NCBI GenBank assembly: GCA_903907895.1 | Contig: CAIVPW010000058.1 | Location: 2,393 to 66,392 of the forward strand | DNA: 64,000 nt | Direction: 5' to 3' | From: an uncultured Alphaproteobacteria bacterium | Lineage (GTDB): Bacteria; Pseudomonadota; Alphaproteobacteria; UBA2966; CAIVPW01 | Notes under the pieces: model-generated | The model's input: the letters and a program-made list of their open reading frames with translations, nothing else | Database searches by the model: none | What the model was told of the DNA's origin: nothing | Shown: in pieces, positions 20,461-28,092 of the stretch | How positions within the stretch are numbered: position 1 is the stretch's first letter | Layout of the letters: the number at the start of each line of letters is the position of its first letter | Made by a program: the position numbers and the translations under genes

Positions 20461-23058
20461 CTACTGCGGCTGCTTCACTTCGACCTTGATCGAAGTGATC
20501 TGCTCGATGCCCTTTGGGAACAGACCGAGTTGGTCCCACTTCAGCGCGCTGAACACGTTGGAGAAGTCATCGGTCCACGTTCGGACAGCTTTCACCTCGC
20601 CGATGTCTCCCCACGGCAGATCGCCTTCGCGTAGCGGCCTCAGGTCCTGCGCCGTGCGGCCGAGTACGACCCACGTGGTTGGCAGGGCAAAGAACGTGGC
20701 CGGGTTCGGGCTGAAGTCGACGGTTAGGGCCGCAAGACTCGCGTCCTTGGCGAGGTCAGCGACTACCGGCAGCAAATTCACGAACGTGTTGGTGATGTGC
20801 ACCATCAACTTGCCGTCGGGCTTCAGCTTGCGGAAGTAAAGCTGGATGGCTTCGCGCGTCAGAAGGTGAACGGGGATGCCGTCACCCGAGAACGCGTCGA
20901 GGAACAGCACATCGAACGTGCCGTCGGGCTCTTTCGCCACCGTCAAGCGTCCGTCGCCAAGAACGACATCCGAGCCGCACTCCTGCAGGAAGCGGAAGTA
21001 CTGCGGATCCTGCGCCACGCGCTCGACCACCGGATCGATCTCGTAATACGTCAGGCGATCGTTCGGGCCCATGTAGCAGGCGAGTGCGCCGGCACCGAGC
21101 CCCAGCACGCCGACTCGCATCGAGTCGTGACCGGTCGCACGCATCTGCCGGAAGAAGTGCCCGACCGGGCCGCGGTCGGTGTAGTAGGACACCGGCAGGC
21201 GCGGCAGGTCCATGAACTGCACGCCATGGATCGTCACGCCGTGCACGAGATAATGGAACCGGCTGGTGGTAGTGGTGAGGGGGCCGGGCGTGGTGTCTAC
21301 GCGATTGACGTAGATCGTGGTGACGCCGAAGAACGAGCGAATACGCGCGAGGCGATCTTCGCTCAGACCAAAGATGCCGCGGAACCGTTCTTGCTGCGCC
21401 TCGTTTAGTCCGATCGATGCCAGCGCACCGCGTAGTGTCGGGCCCGAGGGCAACAGCATATCGGGCGTCAGCGCCAGCAGCAGCGCCAGCACGGCGAGGG
21501 CGAACCGCACCGGCCGGCGACGGCCCATCCAGATCACCGCGACCAGCAGCAACACCGTAACGAGCAGTTTGCCCGTGTTCTCAAGGCTCGTGGCCTGCAC
21601 GGAGAAGTTGTCGCCGAGCAGCGAGTTGAACGCGGAATAGAACCAGCCGTAGACGGTGAACGCCGCGGCGATCAGGAACGTGCGCAGGCGGCCGCCGGCA
21701 ACAATCAGCCAAAGGATGAACGGCAGGGCGAAATCCCAGAAGCGCGGGTGCAGCAGGAGCCGGCCAACCGGCACCGTCTGCAGCGACTCCCGCACTTGCG
21801 CGACGGGCTTAAGGCTGGATATCCACCGACCGAATCGTGTCGAAGGCAGATTGCGCGGACGGAGGAGAAGAGCGAGCAGCAGCGCGATCGGATACTCGAA
21901 CACGCCGTCGAACACGAGCGGAGCGATGATCGCCGACAGAATGCCGCCGAGCACTCCGCCCAACGACATCCAGAAGTAGAACTCCGTCAGGCGCTCTGGC
22001 GGCGGGCGCAGGCGCGCGAGCTCCCCGTGCAGCACCATGGTGCTCACGAACATGGCCGCGAGGTGCAGGACGAGCAGGACATAGATCTGCGACGTCTCGA
22101 AGAAGATGGCGACGACCGGGACGATGACGAGCTGCGCAGCCAGCCAGAACCGTGGCGGGATGAGCGGCTTGCGTGCGAACACGAAGACGAACGTGAGCAG
22201 GTACAGAGTGAGTGGGATGATCCACAGGAAGGGCACCGCGGCGATGTAGCTGCCGATGTGCAGTGTTGAGCCCAGCAGCAGGGCCGACGGCACGAGGGCC
22301 AGCAACGTCCAGCGTCCTCGTACGCCCCACGTGACTTCCTTCGTCACGTAATTGTCGAGCGACTCCGCGGACGAAGCCTGCTCGGGGCGGAAACGCTTCC
22401 ACAGTAGGACGGCGCAGGTGAACAGCGCCGCGACCAGGAATGCGTACCCGATCATCCACGAGATGCTCTGCGCACGTACGCCGAGCAGCGGCTCGACCAC
22501 CACCGGGTAGCTGAGCAGCGCGAGCATGCTGCCAAGGTTGCTGGCGCCGTAGAGGAAGTACGGGTCACCCGACCAAGCGTGGTCGGTATTGGCGAACCAC
22601 TTCTGGATGAGCGGCGACGTTGCGGAAACCGCGAAGAACGGCAGGCCGACCGACACCGTCAGCACGCCGAGCAGCCACGGGATAGGCGAGTCCACCGGCG
22701 GCGGCGCCTCGCTGCCGGTCCACTGGAGGAGGCCGCCGGTGGCGCCGATGCCGATCGGCAGCACCAGGAACGCCGATACCAGCACGAACGCGTGCAGAAT
22801 GGTCTGGCGCTTGAGGCCCAGCAGCCGCGTGCTCAGGTGGGCGTACAGGTAGCCGGCCAGCAATACGGCCTGAAAGAACACGACCGACGTATTCCATACG
22901 GCTGGCGAGCCACCCGCGCGCGGCAGCACCATCTTCGTGAACATGGGCTGGACCGCGAACAGCAGGAACGCGCTCAAGAAGATCGTGATGGTGTACAGCG
23001 GCAACGTGAAAGAACTCACGCTGGCGCCCGAACGGCGGCCGGCAACGGTAGTGGACAT
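20461..23058 (-). CDS. polytopic membrane protein fused to a C-terminal spermidine-synthase-like (aminopropyltransferase fold) domain
   Basis: About 865 aa from MSTTVAGRRSG.... The N-terminal two-thirds is highly hydrophobic (more than 12 TM segments). The C-terminus has VGVLGLGAGALACYMG...YEIDPVV...LDAFSGDGIPVHLLT motifs of the spermidine synthase family. The ORF-track start at 23223 is rejected (rare codons, no RBS). Confidence 0.8.
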   Translation of the reverse strand: MSTTVAGRRSGASVSSFTLPLYTITIFLSAFLLFAVQPMFTKMVLPRAGGSPAVWNTSVVFFQAVLLAGYLYAHLSTRLLGLKRQTILHAFVLVSAFLVLPIGIGATGGLLQWTGSEAPPPVDSPIPWLLGVLTVSVGLPFFAVSATSPLIQKWFANTDHAWSGDPYFLYGASNLGSMLALLSYPVVVEPLLGVRAQSISWMIGYAFLVAALFTCAVLLWKRFRPEQASSAESLDNYVTKEVTWGVRGRWTLLALVPSALLLGSTLHIGSYIAAVPFLWIIPLTLYLLTFVFVFARKPLIPPRFWLAAQLVIVPVVAIFFETSQIYVLLVLHLAAMFVSTMVLHGELARLRPPPERLTEFYFWMSLGGVLGGILSAIIAPLVFDGVFEYPIALLLALLLRPRNLPSTRFGRWISSLKPVAQVRESLQTVPVGRLLLHPRFWDFALPFILWLIVAGGRLRTFLIAAAFTVYGWFYSAFNSLLGDNFSVQATSLENTGKLLVTVLLLVAVIWMGRRRPVRFALAVLALLLALTPDMLLPSGPTLRGALASIGLNEAQQERFRGIFGLSEDRLARIRSFFGVTTIYVNRVDTTPGPLTTTTSRFHYLVHGVTIHGVQFMDLPRLPVSYYTDRGPVGHFFRQMRATGHDSMRVGVLGLGAGALACYMGPNDRLTYYEIDPVVERVAQDPQYFRFLQECGSDVVLGDGRLTVAKEPDGTFDVLFLDAFSGDGIPVHLLTREAIQLYFRKLKPDGKLMVHITNTFVNLLPVVADLAKDASLAALTVDFSPNPATFFALPTTWVVLGRTAQDLRPLREGDLPWGDIGEVKAVRTWTDDFSNVFSALKWDQLGLFPKGIEQITSIKVEVKQPQ

Positions 23059-23377
23059 AACGAAACGCAACCTCCCCGAGGTGACCCGCGTGGGCCACCG
23101 GACATTCGATAGGCATGCCTTAAGCTCGCTTGCCCGCTCCGGCAAACGGCCGTTCTGCGACGATGAAGGCTTGCCCCCCGACGGGGCGAGTATGCCATGG
23201 GAAAACGGCACGGTGCCACGCACCGCGGGCAGAAACGCTTACGAACCCTGGGCTGAGCGGCTTGCAGCGGCCAACGGTTCCTGTAAGGAATGGGGCCCGG
23301 GGAAGCTTGTGGAGGAGGGCTCGCGGCCGTGCGGGCTGTCTGGGGCGTCCCGATAACGCGGAATGGGGAGTACTCGA

Positions 23378-23632
23378 ATGAAGAAGATTTTTGCTGGCCT
23401 GGTGGGCGCCTCCATGGTTCTGGCCGCCGGCGCCGCCGCCGCTGCCGAAGTCAAGGGCGCGATCAAGAACATGAACCTGGAAGCTCGCACCGTGACGGTC
23501 GAGACGACCACGGTTACCGTTCCGGCCGACATCAGCCTTAGCGGCTACATCGTCGGCACGAACGTCGTGATCACCTACACCACGGCCGGTACGGCCAACA
23601 CCGCGACCGCAATCGCTAAGGTTGCGAAGTAA
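23378..23632 (+). CDS. small secreted protein, DUF1344-like (paralog 2, divergent)
   Basis: MKKIFAGLVGASMVLAAGAAAAAEVKGAIKNMNLEARTVTVETTTVTVPADISLSGYIVGTNVVITYTTAGTANTATAIAKVAK. GGGGAG 8 nt upstream of the ATG. Confidence 0.65.
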   Translation: MKKIFAGLVGASMVLAAGAAAAAEVKGAIKNMNLEARTVTVETTTVTVPADISLSGYIVGTNVVITYTTAGTANTATAIAKVAK

Positions 23633-23652
23633 CTCGCGTCACTGGCTGAAAA

Positions 23653-23690
23653 GGGCGGGTGCGGCATTGCCGCCCCGCCCTTTTTTTGTT
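23653..23690 (+). terminator. rho-independent terminator
   Basis: GGGCGGGTGCGGCA-T-TGCCGCCCCGCCC hairpin followed by TTTTTTT. Confidence 0.75.
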
Positions 23691-23935
23691 GCCTCTTACA
23701 ACCGTAAGTAGATCACGCGGCGCGATCTGCGTGTGTCCATGGGGCATCGTTTCGTCCCCTTGAAGCCTTCGGGCGCCACAACAAGTAGCGTTTAGGCCCA
23801 CGGCATGCACGCTACGCGCGGTGTCTTGCAAAGGCTCGGCCTTCCGTGTGAAATCGCGCTGGGAGGCACGAGCAAGATCCCGTCAATTGTGGCGGCGACT
23901 TGGTCGTTCCCTATTACGAAGACAGGAGCACAACT

Positions 23936-24181
23936 ATGAAGCGCGTTATTGCTGCCCTCGCCGGTGCGTCGATGCTGTTGGTTGCTGGCGCTGCGGTTGC
24001 CGCCGACGTCAAGGGCGCCATCACTGCCGTGAACGCCACGGCCCGTACCGTCACCATCAACGGCGTGGCTTACACCTTCCCGGCGAACGTTGACATGGCT
24101 GGCCTGGCCGCTGGTCAGACCGTCACCCTGACCTTCGCCGCCGCGAACAACGTGAACACGGTTTCCAAGGTCACGAAGTAA
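23936..24181 (+). CDS. small secreted protein, DUF1344-like (paralog 3)
   Basis: MKRVIAALAGASMLLVAGAAVAADVKGAITAVNATARTVTINGVAYTFPANVDMAGLAAGQTVTLTFAAANNVNTVSKVTK. AGGAG 9 nt upstream. Confidence 0.7.
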   Translation: MKRVIAALAGASMLLVAGAAVAADVKGAITAVNATARTVTINGVAYTFPANVDMAGLAAGQTVTLTFAAANNVNTVSKVTK

Positions 24182-24211
24182 GCTAACCCTTACTCGTAAG
24201 GGCCCAGAAAA

Positions 24212-24250
24212 GGACGAGTGCGCAGACTGCGCACTCGTCCTGTTCTTTTT
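24212..24250 (+). terminator. rho-independent terminator
   Basis: GGACGAGTGCGC-AGACT-GCGCACTCGTCC hairpin followed by TGTTCTTTTT. Confidence 0.75.
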
Positions 24251-24395
24251 GCGGCACCGTCTGCGCGGTTGCCGCCGATATAAGCAGGCCATTTCAGGCA
24301 TTGGTTTCTGCGATCGCAGCAATAGGTTCAATACCTCTCCGGTATCTCCGCGCGGCGCTTGCAAAGCGGTCCGATTGCAGGTGATATCTCCGGCG

Positions 24396-24455
24396 GGGAG
24401 GCAAAGCAGTCTCGCCGAGGTGGCGAGAGTCCTTTGTCCCTCCCGTATCAGGAGG
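24396..24455 (+). promoter_or_regulatory. candidate SD-sequestering leader (anti-anti-SD GGGAGG / anti-SD CCTCCC / SD AGGAGG) upstream of paralog 4
   Basis: GGGAGG at 24396-24401, internal hairpin TCTCGCC-GAGGT-GGCGAGA at 24410-24428, CCTCCC at 24439-24444, and AGGAGG at 24450-24455 placed 9 nt before the ATG. Confidence 0.4.
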
Positions 24456-24464
24456 AATCAGTTC

Positions 24465-24710
24465 ATGAAGAAGGTATTGGCTGCCGTTACCGGTGCTGCG
24501 CTGCTGCTCGCCGCTGGCGTTGCTGTTGCCGCCGACGTCAAGGGTGCCATCACTGCCGTGAACGCGCAGGGCCGCACCGTGACCATCAATGGCGTGACGT
24601 ACACGTTCCCGGCGAACGTTGACATGGCCGGCCTGGCCGTTGGTCAGACCGTCAACCTGACCTACGCCGCCGCGAACAACGTCAACACCGTTTCGAAGGT
24701 GACGAAGTAA
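24465..24710 (+). CDS. small secreted protein, DUF1344-like (paralog 4)
   Basis: MKKVLAAVTGAALLLAAGVAVAADVKGAITAVNAQGRTVTINGVTYTFPANVDMAGLAVGQTVNLTYAAANNVNTVSKVTK. AGGAGG 9 nt upstream. The in-frame TTG-initiated extension from 24249 is rejected. Confidence 0.7.
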   Translation: MKKVLAAVTGAALLLAAGVAVAADVKGAITAVNAQGRTVTINGVTYTFPANVDMAGLAVGQTVNLTYAAANNVNTVSKVTK

Positions 24711-24744
24711 TCGATCGCTAGAGCTTTCTAGCCGACGATCTTCG

Positions 24745-24788
24745 GGGGCGGGTGCGCTGGCAACGGCGCACCCGCCCCTTCTTTTTTT
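24745..24788 (+). terminator. rho-independent terminator
   Basis: GGGGCGGGTGCGC-TGGCAACG-GCGCACCCGCCCC hairpin followed by TTCTTTTTTT. Confidence 0.75.
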
Positions 24789-24801
24789 GGAGCGAGGGTA
24801 C

Positions 24802-25587
24802 GTGGCAGACCACCGCGAACCGCCCGATCCCACTGCCGCCCAAGCTGCCGGTAGTGAAGCTCCTGCACGCAAGCCCGTGACCGGCACGATCCGGCCCCGC
24901 CTCGGCCTCGGCGCGCGCCTGCGCAATTACTTCCTTACTGGCGTTCTGGTGACTACGCCGATCGTCATCACCAGCTACGTCGCCTGGATCGTTGTCCGGT
25001 TTGTGGACAATCGCGCCGACCGGTTGCTGCCGCCGGAATACAACCCCGGCACCTATCTGCCGATCTCCATTCCGGGCCTGGGCCTGGTGGTCTTCATCAT
25101 CCTGCTGACATTGATCGGCATGCTGACGACCGGATACGTCGGCCGCCTGTTCACCCGCGCCATGGACGGCGTGGTCGCGCGCGTCCCGGTGCTGCGATCG
25201 ATCTACGGCGCCACAAAGCAGATTCTGGAAACGCTGATGTCGGGGAAGTCGTCGTTCCGCGAAGTGGTGCTGATCGAGTTCCCGCGCCTCGGTCAGTGGT
25301 CCGTAGCGTTTGTGACTGGCTCGGTGACATCGGACATTCCCGGCGGCGAAGAGCTCGTGAACGTCTTCATCCCCACGACGCCCAATCCAACCAACGGATT
25401 CCTGATCTTCGTGCCGCGACGCGACCTCGTTCCCCTGGATATTTCCGTCGAAGCGGGCGTGAAGCTGGTCATTTCGGGCGGCATCGTCTCGCCCGAGCAC
25501 CTCAAGGTGCGCGCCCCGGCCATTGGCGACGCGCTGCTGCGCGTTGCCGCCCGTTGCCCGGCACCGCCGCCGGGAAACGTGGCCTGA
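24802..25587 (+). CDS. DUF502-domain membrane protein
   Basis: Two N-terminal TM helices (FLTGVLVTTPIVITSYVAWIVV, GLGLVVFIILLTLIGMLTTGYVG) and the conserved PNPTNGFLIFVPRRDL segment. Start is ambiguous (TTG 24787 or GTG 24802, with GGAG upstream). Confidence 0.7.
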   Translation: MADHREPPDPTAAQAAGSEAPARKPVTGTIRPRLGLGARLRNYFLTGVLVTTPIVITSYVAWIVVRFVDNRADRLLPPEYNPGTYLPISIPGLGLVVFIILLTLIGMLTTGYVGRLFTRAMDGVVARVPVLRSIYGATKQILETLMSGKSSFREVVLIEFPRLGQWSVAFVTGSVTSDIPGGEELVNVFIPTTPNPTNGFLIFVPRRDLVPLDISVEAGVKLVISGGIVSPEHLKVRAPAIGDALLRVAARCPAPPPGNVA

Positions 25588-25589
25588 CG

Positions 25590-25937
25590 TCAGCGGCTGG
25601 GTGAGGCAGGCGTCTTTTGAACGGCGGCGTTCGGTGCGAACGAGCGCTGCCCGGTGAGGTCGCGTTCGACGACTGCCACGCGCGGCAGGAAGCGGTAGAG
25701 GGTCCACGCCATGATCGGCGCGGCAATGACCGCCGACGCGGTACCGAGCAGTGCCAAATTGGTGACGAACCAGTCGCCCGGGAGCCATCCGAAGGCTGCC
25801 ATAAGCCAAGTCAGTGCGCCGAGCCCGGCGAACGCGAAGCTCCACAGCAAAGGAGCGCCCAGCGTCAGAGAAACGACGGCAACGAGCACGATGTTGGTCG
25901 TGGGATTGCCGGACGCGCCGGCCTGCGAATCGGTCAT
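25590..25937 (-). CDS. hypothetical small membrane protein
   Basis: 115 aa from MTDSQAG... with 2-3 predicted TM helices. No recognisable family. Convergent with the DUF502 gene (2-bp gap). Confidence 0.4.
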   Translation of the reverse strand: MTDSQAGASGNPTTNIVLVAVVSLTLGAPLLWSFAFAGLGALTWLMAAFGWLPGDWFVTNLALLGTASAVIAAPIMAWTLYRFLPRVAVVERDLTGQRSFAPNAAVQKTPASPSR

Positions 25938-26202
25938 CGGATACTCCTCGTCCTCTAATGTCCCGGCGCGGCCAGGTCTGCAAGCACGAACCTGGATCGC
26001 GGGCACGGACCCTGCCACTTGTATGTCGCTCTGACCGAACTACTACAGCTTGGTGCGGCGGTGTCGCATTTGCGCCTGGCTGGGGGCGGGACTATACCGC
26101 TGCCCGACAACGGCACCCGCCGGCCCTCCCGCATATATCCCCGCGACCTGCAGGCCGACCCGCGCCGCTCCGAGCCGTTTCACGAACCGGAGTAGCCTTC
26201 CT

Positions 26203-28089
26203 GTGACAGCAGTTCCTGCCGACCATTCCAACGCCAAGCAACAGTTAGCCGTCGTGGCCCTGGGTGCCCTTGGCGTCGTTTACGGCGATATCGGCACTTC
26301 GCCGCTCTATGCCCTCCGCGAGTGCTTTTCCGCCGCCACCGGGGTAGTGCCCACGACCGAGAACGTGCTCGGCATCCTGTCTCTCGCATTCTGGACCGTC
26401 ACTGTCCTGGTGACACTCAAGTACGTGACGCTCGTGTTGCGCGCTGACTACCGCGGCGAAGGCGGGGCGATGGCGCTGATGGCACTCACCCGGCGGGCGG
26501 TGGGCTCGAGCAATCGGTTGCGCGCCTTCGTGTTGGCAGCGGGCCTTATCGGTACTGCATTGTTCTTTGGTGACGCGATGCTGACGCCCGCGATATCGGT
26601 GCTCAGCGCCATCGAAGGCCTAGAGATTGCGACACCGGTGTTCCGGCCTTACGTCGTTCCGGTTGCGCTTGCCGTTATCGTCGGGCTGTTCCTCGTGCAG
26701 AGCCGCGGCACCGGCAGTGTGGGCCGGCTGTTCGGCCCGATCATGTTGCTCTGGTTCACCGTCCTCGGCCTGCTCGGGCTCTGGATGATCGTGCGCAGCC
26801 CGCATGTGCTTGCTGCCATCAACCCCATGCACGCCGTGCAGTTCGTGGTCGAGGAAGGCTGGCACGTATTCATCCCGCTGGGCGCGGTCTTCCTTGCAAT
26901 CACCGGCGCCGAGGCGCTCTACGCCGACCTCGGTCACTTCGGTGCGAAGCCGATTCGGACTGCCTGGTTGTCTGTAGCGATGCCGGGCCTGCTGCTGAAT
27001 TACTTTGGCCAGGGCGCCCTCGTCCTCGAGGACCCAACCGCAACGCGGAACCCGTTCTACCTGCTCGTGCCGGAACCGTTTCTCTATCCGATGGTAGCGC
27101 TCGCAACGGCGGCGACTGTGATTGCGTCGCAGGCGGTCATCTCCGGCGCCTTCTCTCTGTTCAACCAGGCGATCCAATTGGGGCTGGCCCCACGGGCGGA
27201 GGTTCGCCACACGTCATCGTCCGAAATACGGCAGGTCTACCTGCCACAGATCAACTACGCGCTGCTGATCGGCGTCGTGGCTCTGGTACTGACTTTCGGC
27301 TCTTCCAGCGAGTTGGCGGCCGCATACGGAATCGCGGTGAGCGGAACGATGGTCGTCACATCCATTCTAGCCATGTTGGCGGCCATTCACCTGTGGCATT
27401 GGCCTCGCGTCGCAGTGGTCGGGGTCTTCGGCACCCTGCTGGCGGTCGACCTGATCTTCTTTGCCGCCAACGCGCTGAAGGTCTTCGAGGGTGGCTGGGT
27501 GCCGCTGGTGATCGCGGCTGTCATCTACATCAGTTCGACGACGTGGATCCAGGGCCGGCACGCGCTCTATGTGAAACTCGCTGCCGAGAGCGCCACGCTT
27601 GAGGATTTCCTGCGCAGCGTCGGTCCCAAGGTGCCGCGCGTTCGCGGGACCGCTGTCTATCTGGCGCGACTGGGGGAGACCGTGCCGCACGCGCTGCTGC
27701 ACAACATCAAGCACAACAAGGTCCTGCATGAGCGCGTTCTGCTCATGACCGTCATCAACGAAGAAATTCCAGTGGTGCCGCGCGAAAGCCGGGTCGAAGC
27801 CCACGAGCTTGAGAAGGGATTCTGGCGCGTGACGGTGCGCTACGGCTTCCTGCAAAGCCCGAACCTGCCACGCGCGCTGGGTCAGCTGTCGCCGCAATTG
27901 GAGATCAACATCCACGACACGAGCTTCTTCCTCGGCCGCGTGACATTGATGCCTGCGCTGAAGCCGCTTATCCCGCGTTGGCGGCGCAGCCTCTACTTTG
28001 CATTGGCGCGCAACGCGTCATCTGCGCCGGACTTCTTCCGCATCCCGACCGATCGTGTCGTCGAGGTAGGCGCGCAGATCGCGCTGTAG
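26203..28089 (+). CDS. kup: KUP/HAK/KT family potassium transporter
   Basis: 628 aa from a GTG start (GGAG 10 nt upstream). Conserved N-terminus LAVVALGALGVVYGDIGTSPLYAL, 12 TM helices and the cytoplasmic tail. The ORF-track N-terminal extension is discarded. Confidence 0.85.
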   Translation: MTAVPADHSNAKQQLAVVALGALGVVYGDIGTSPLYALRECFSAATGVVPTTENVLGILSLAFWTVTVLVTLKYVTLVLRADYRGEGGAMALMALTRRAVGSSNRLRAFVLAAGLIGTALFFGDAMLTPAISVLSAIEGLEIATPVFRPYVVPVALAVIVGLFLVQSRGTGSVGRLFGPIMLLWFTVLGLLGLWMIVRSPHVLAAINPMHAVQFVVEEGWHVFIPLGAVFLAITGAEALYADLGHFGAKPIRTAWLSVAMPGLLLNYFGQGALVLEDPTATRNPFYLLVPEPFLYPMVALATAATVIASQAVISGAFSLFNQAIQLGLAPRAEVRHTSSSEIRQVYLPQINYALLIGVVALVLTFGSSSELAAAYGIAVSGTMVVTSILAMLAAIHLWHWPRVAVVGVFGTLLAVDLIFFAANALKVFEGGWVPLVIAAVIYISSTTWIQGRHALYVKLAAESATLEDFLRSVGPKVPRVRGTAVYLARLGETVPHALLHNIKHNKVLHERVLLMTVINEEIPVVPRESRVEAHELEKGFWRVTVRYGFLQSPNLPRALGQLSPQLEINIHDTSFFLGRVTLMPALKPLIPRWRRSLYFALARNASSAPDFFRIPTDRVVEVGAQIAL

Positions 28090-28092
28090 GGG

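Noticed and set aside
23059-23223. N-terminal extensions suggested by the ORF track: 20461..23223 for the membrane protein, 29523..30848 for ispB, 30583..31566 for the methyltransferase, 40770..41945 for GT9, 11166..12425 for aroC, 26050..28089 for kup, and 39268..40005 for tag.
   Set aside because: The extensions lack ribosome-binding sites, use atypical codons or overlap neighbouring genes. Conserved family N-termini and good SD sequences support the internal starts given in the feature list.
24249-24464. In-frame TTG-initiated extension upstream of DUF1344-like paralog 4 (the 153-aa ORF in the track).
   Set aside because: The extension runs through the terminator of paralog 3 and through the structured leader. 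The ATG at 24465 has a strong AGGAGG and aligns with the signal peptides of the other three paralogs.
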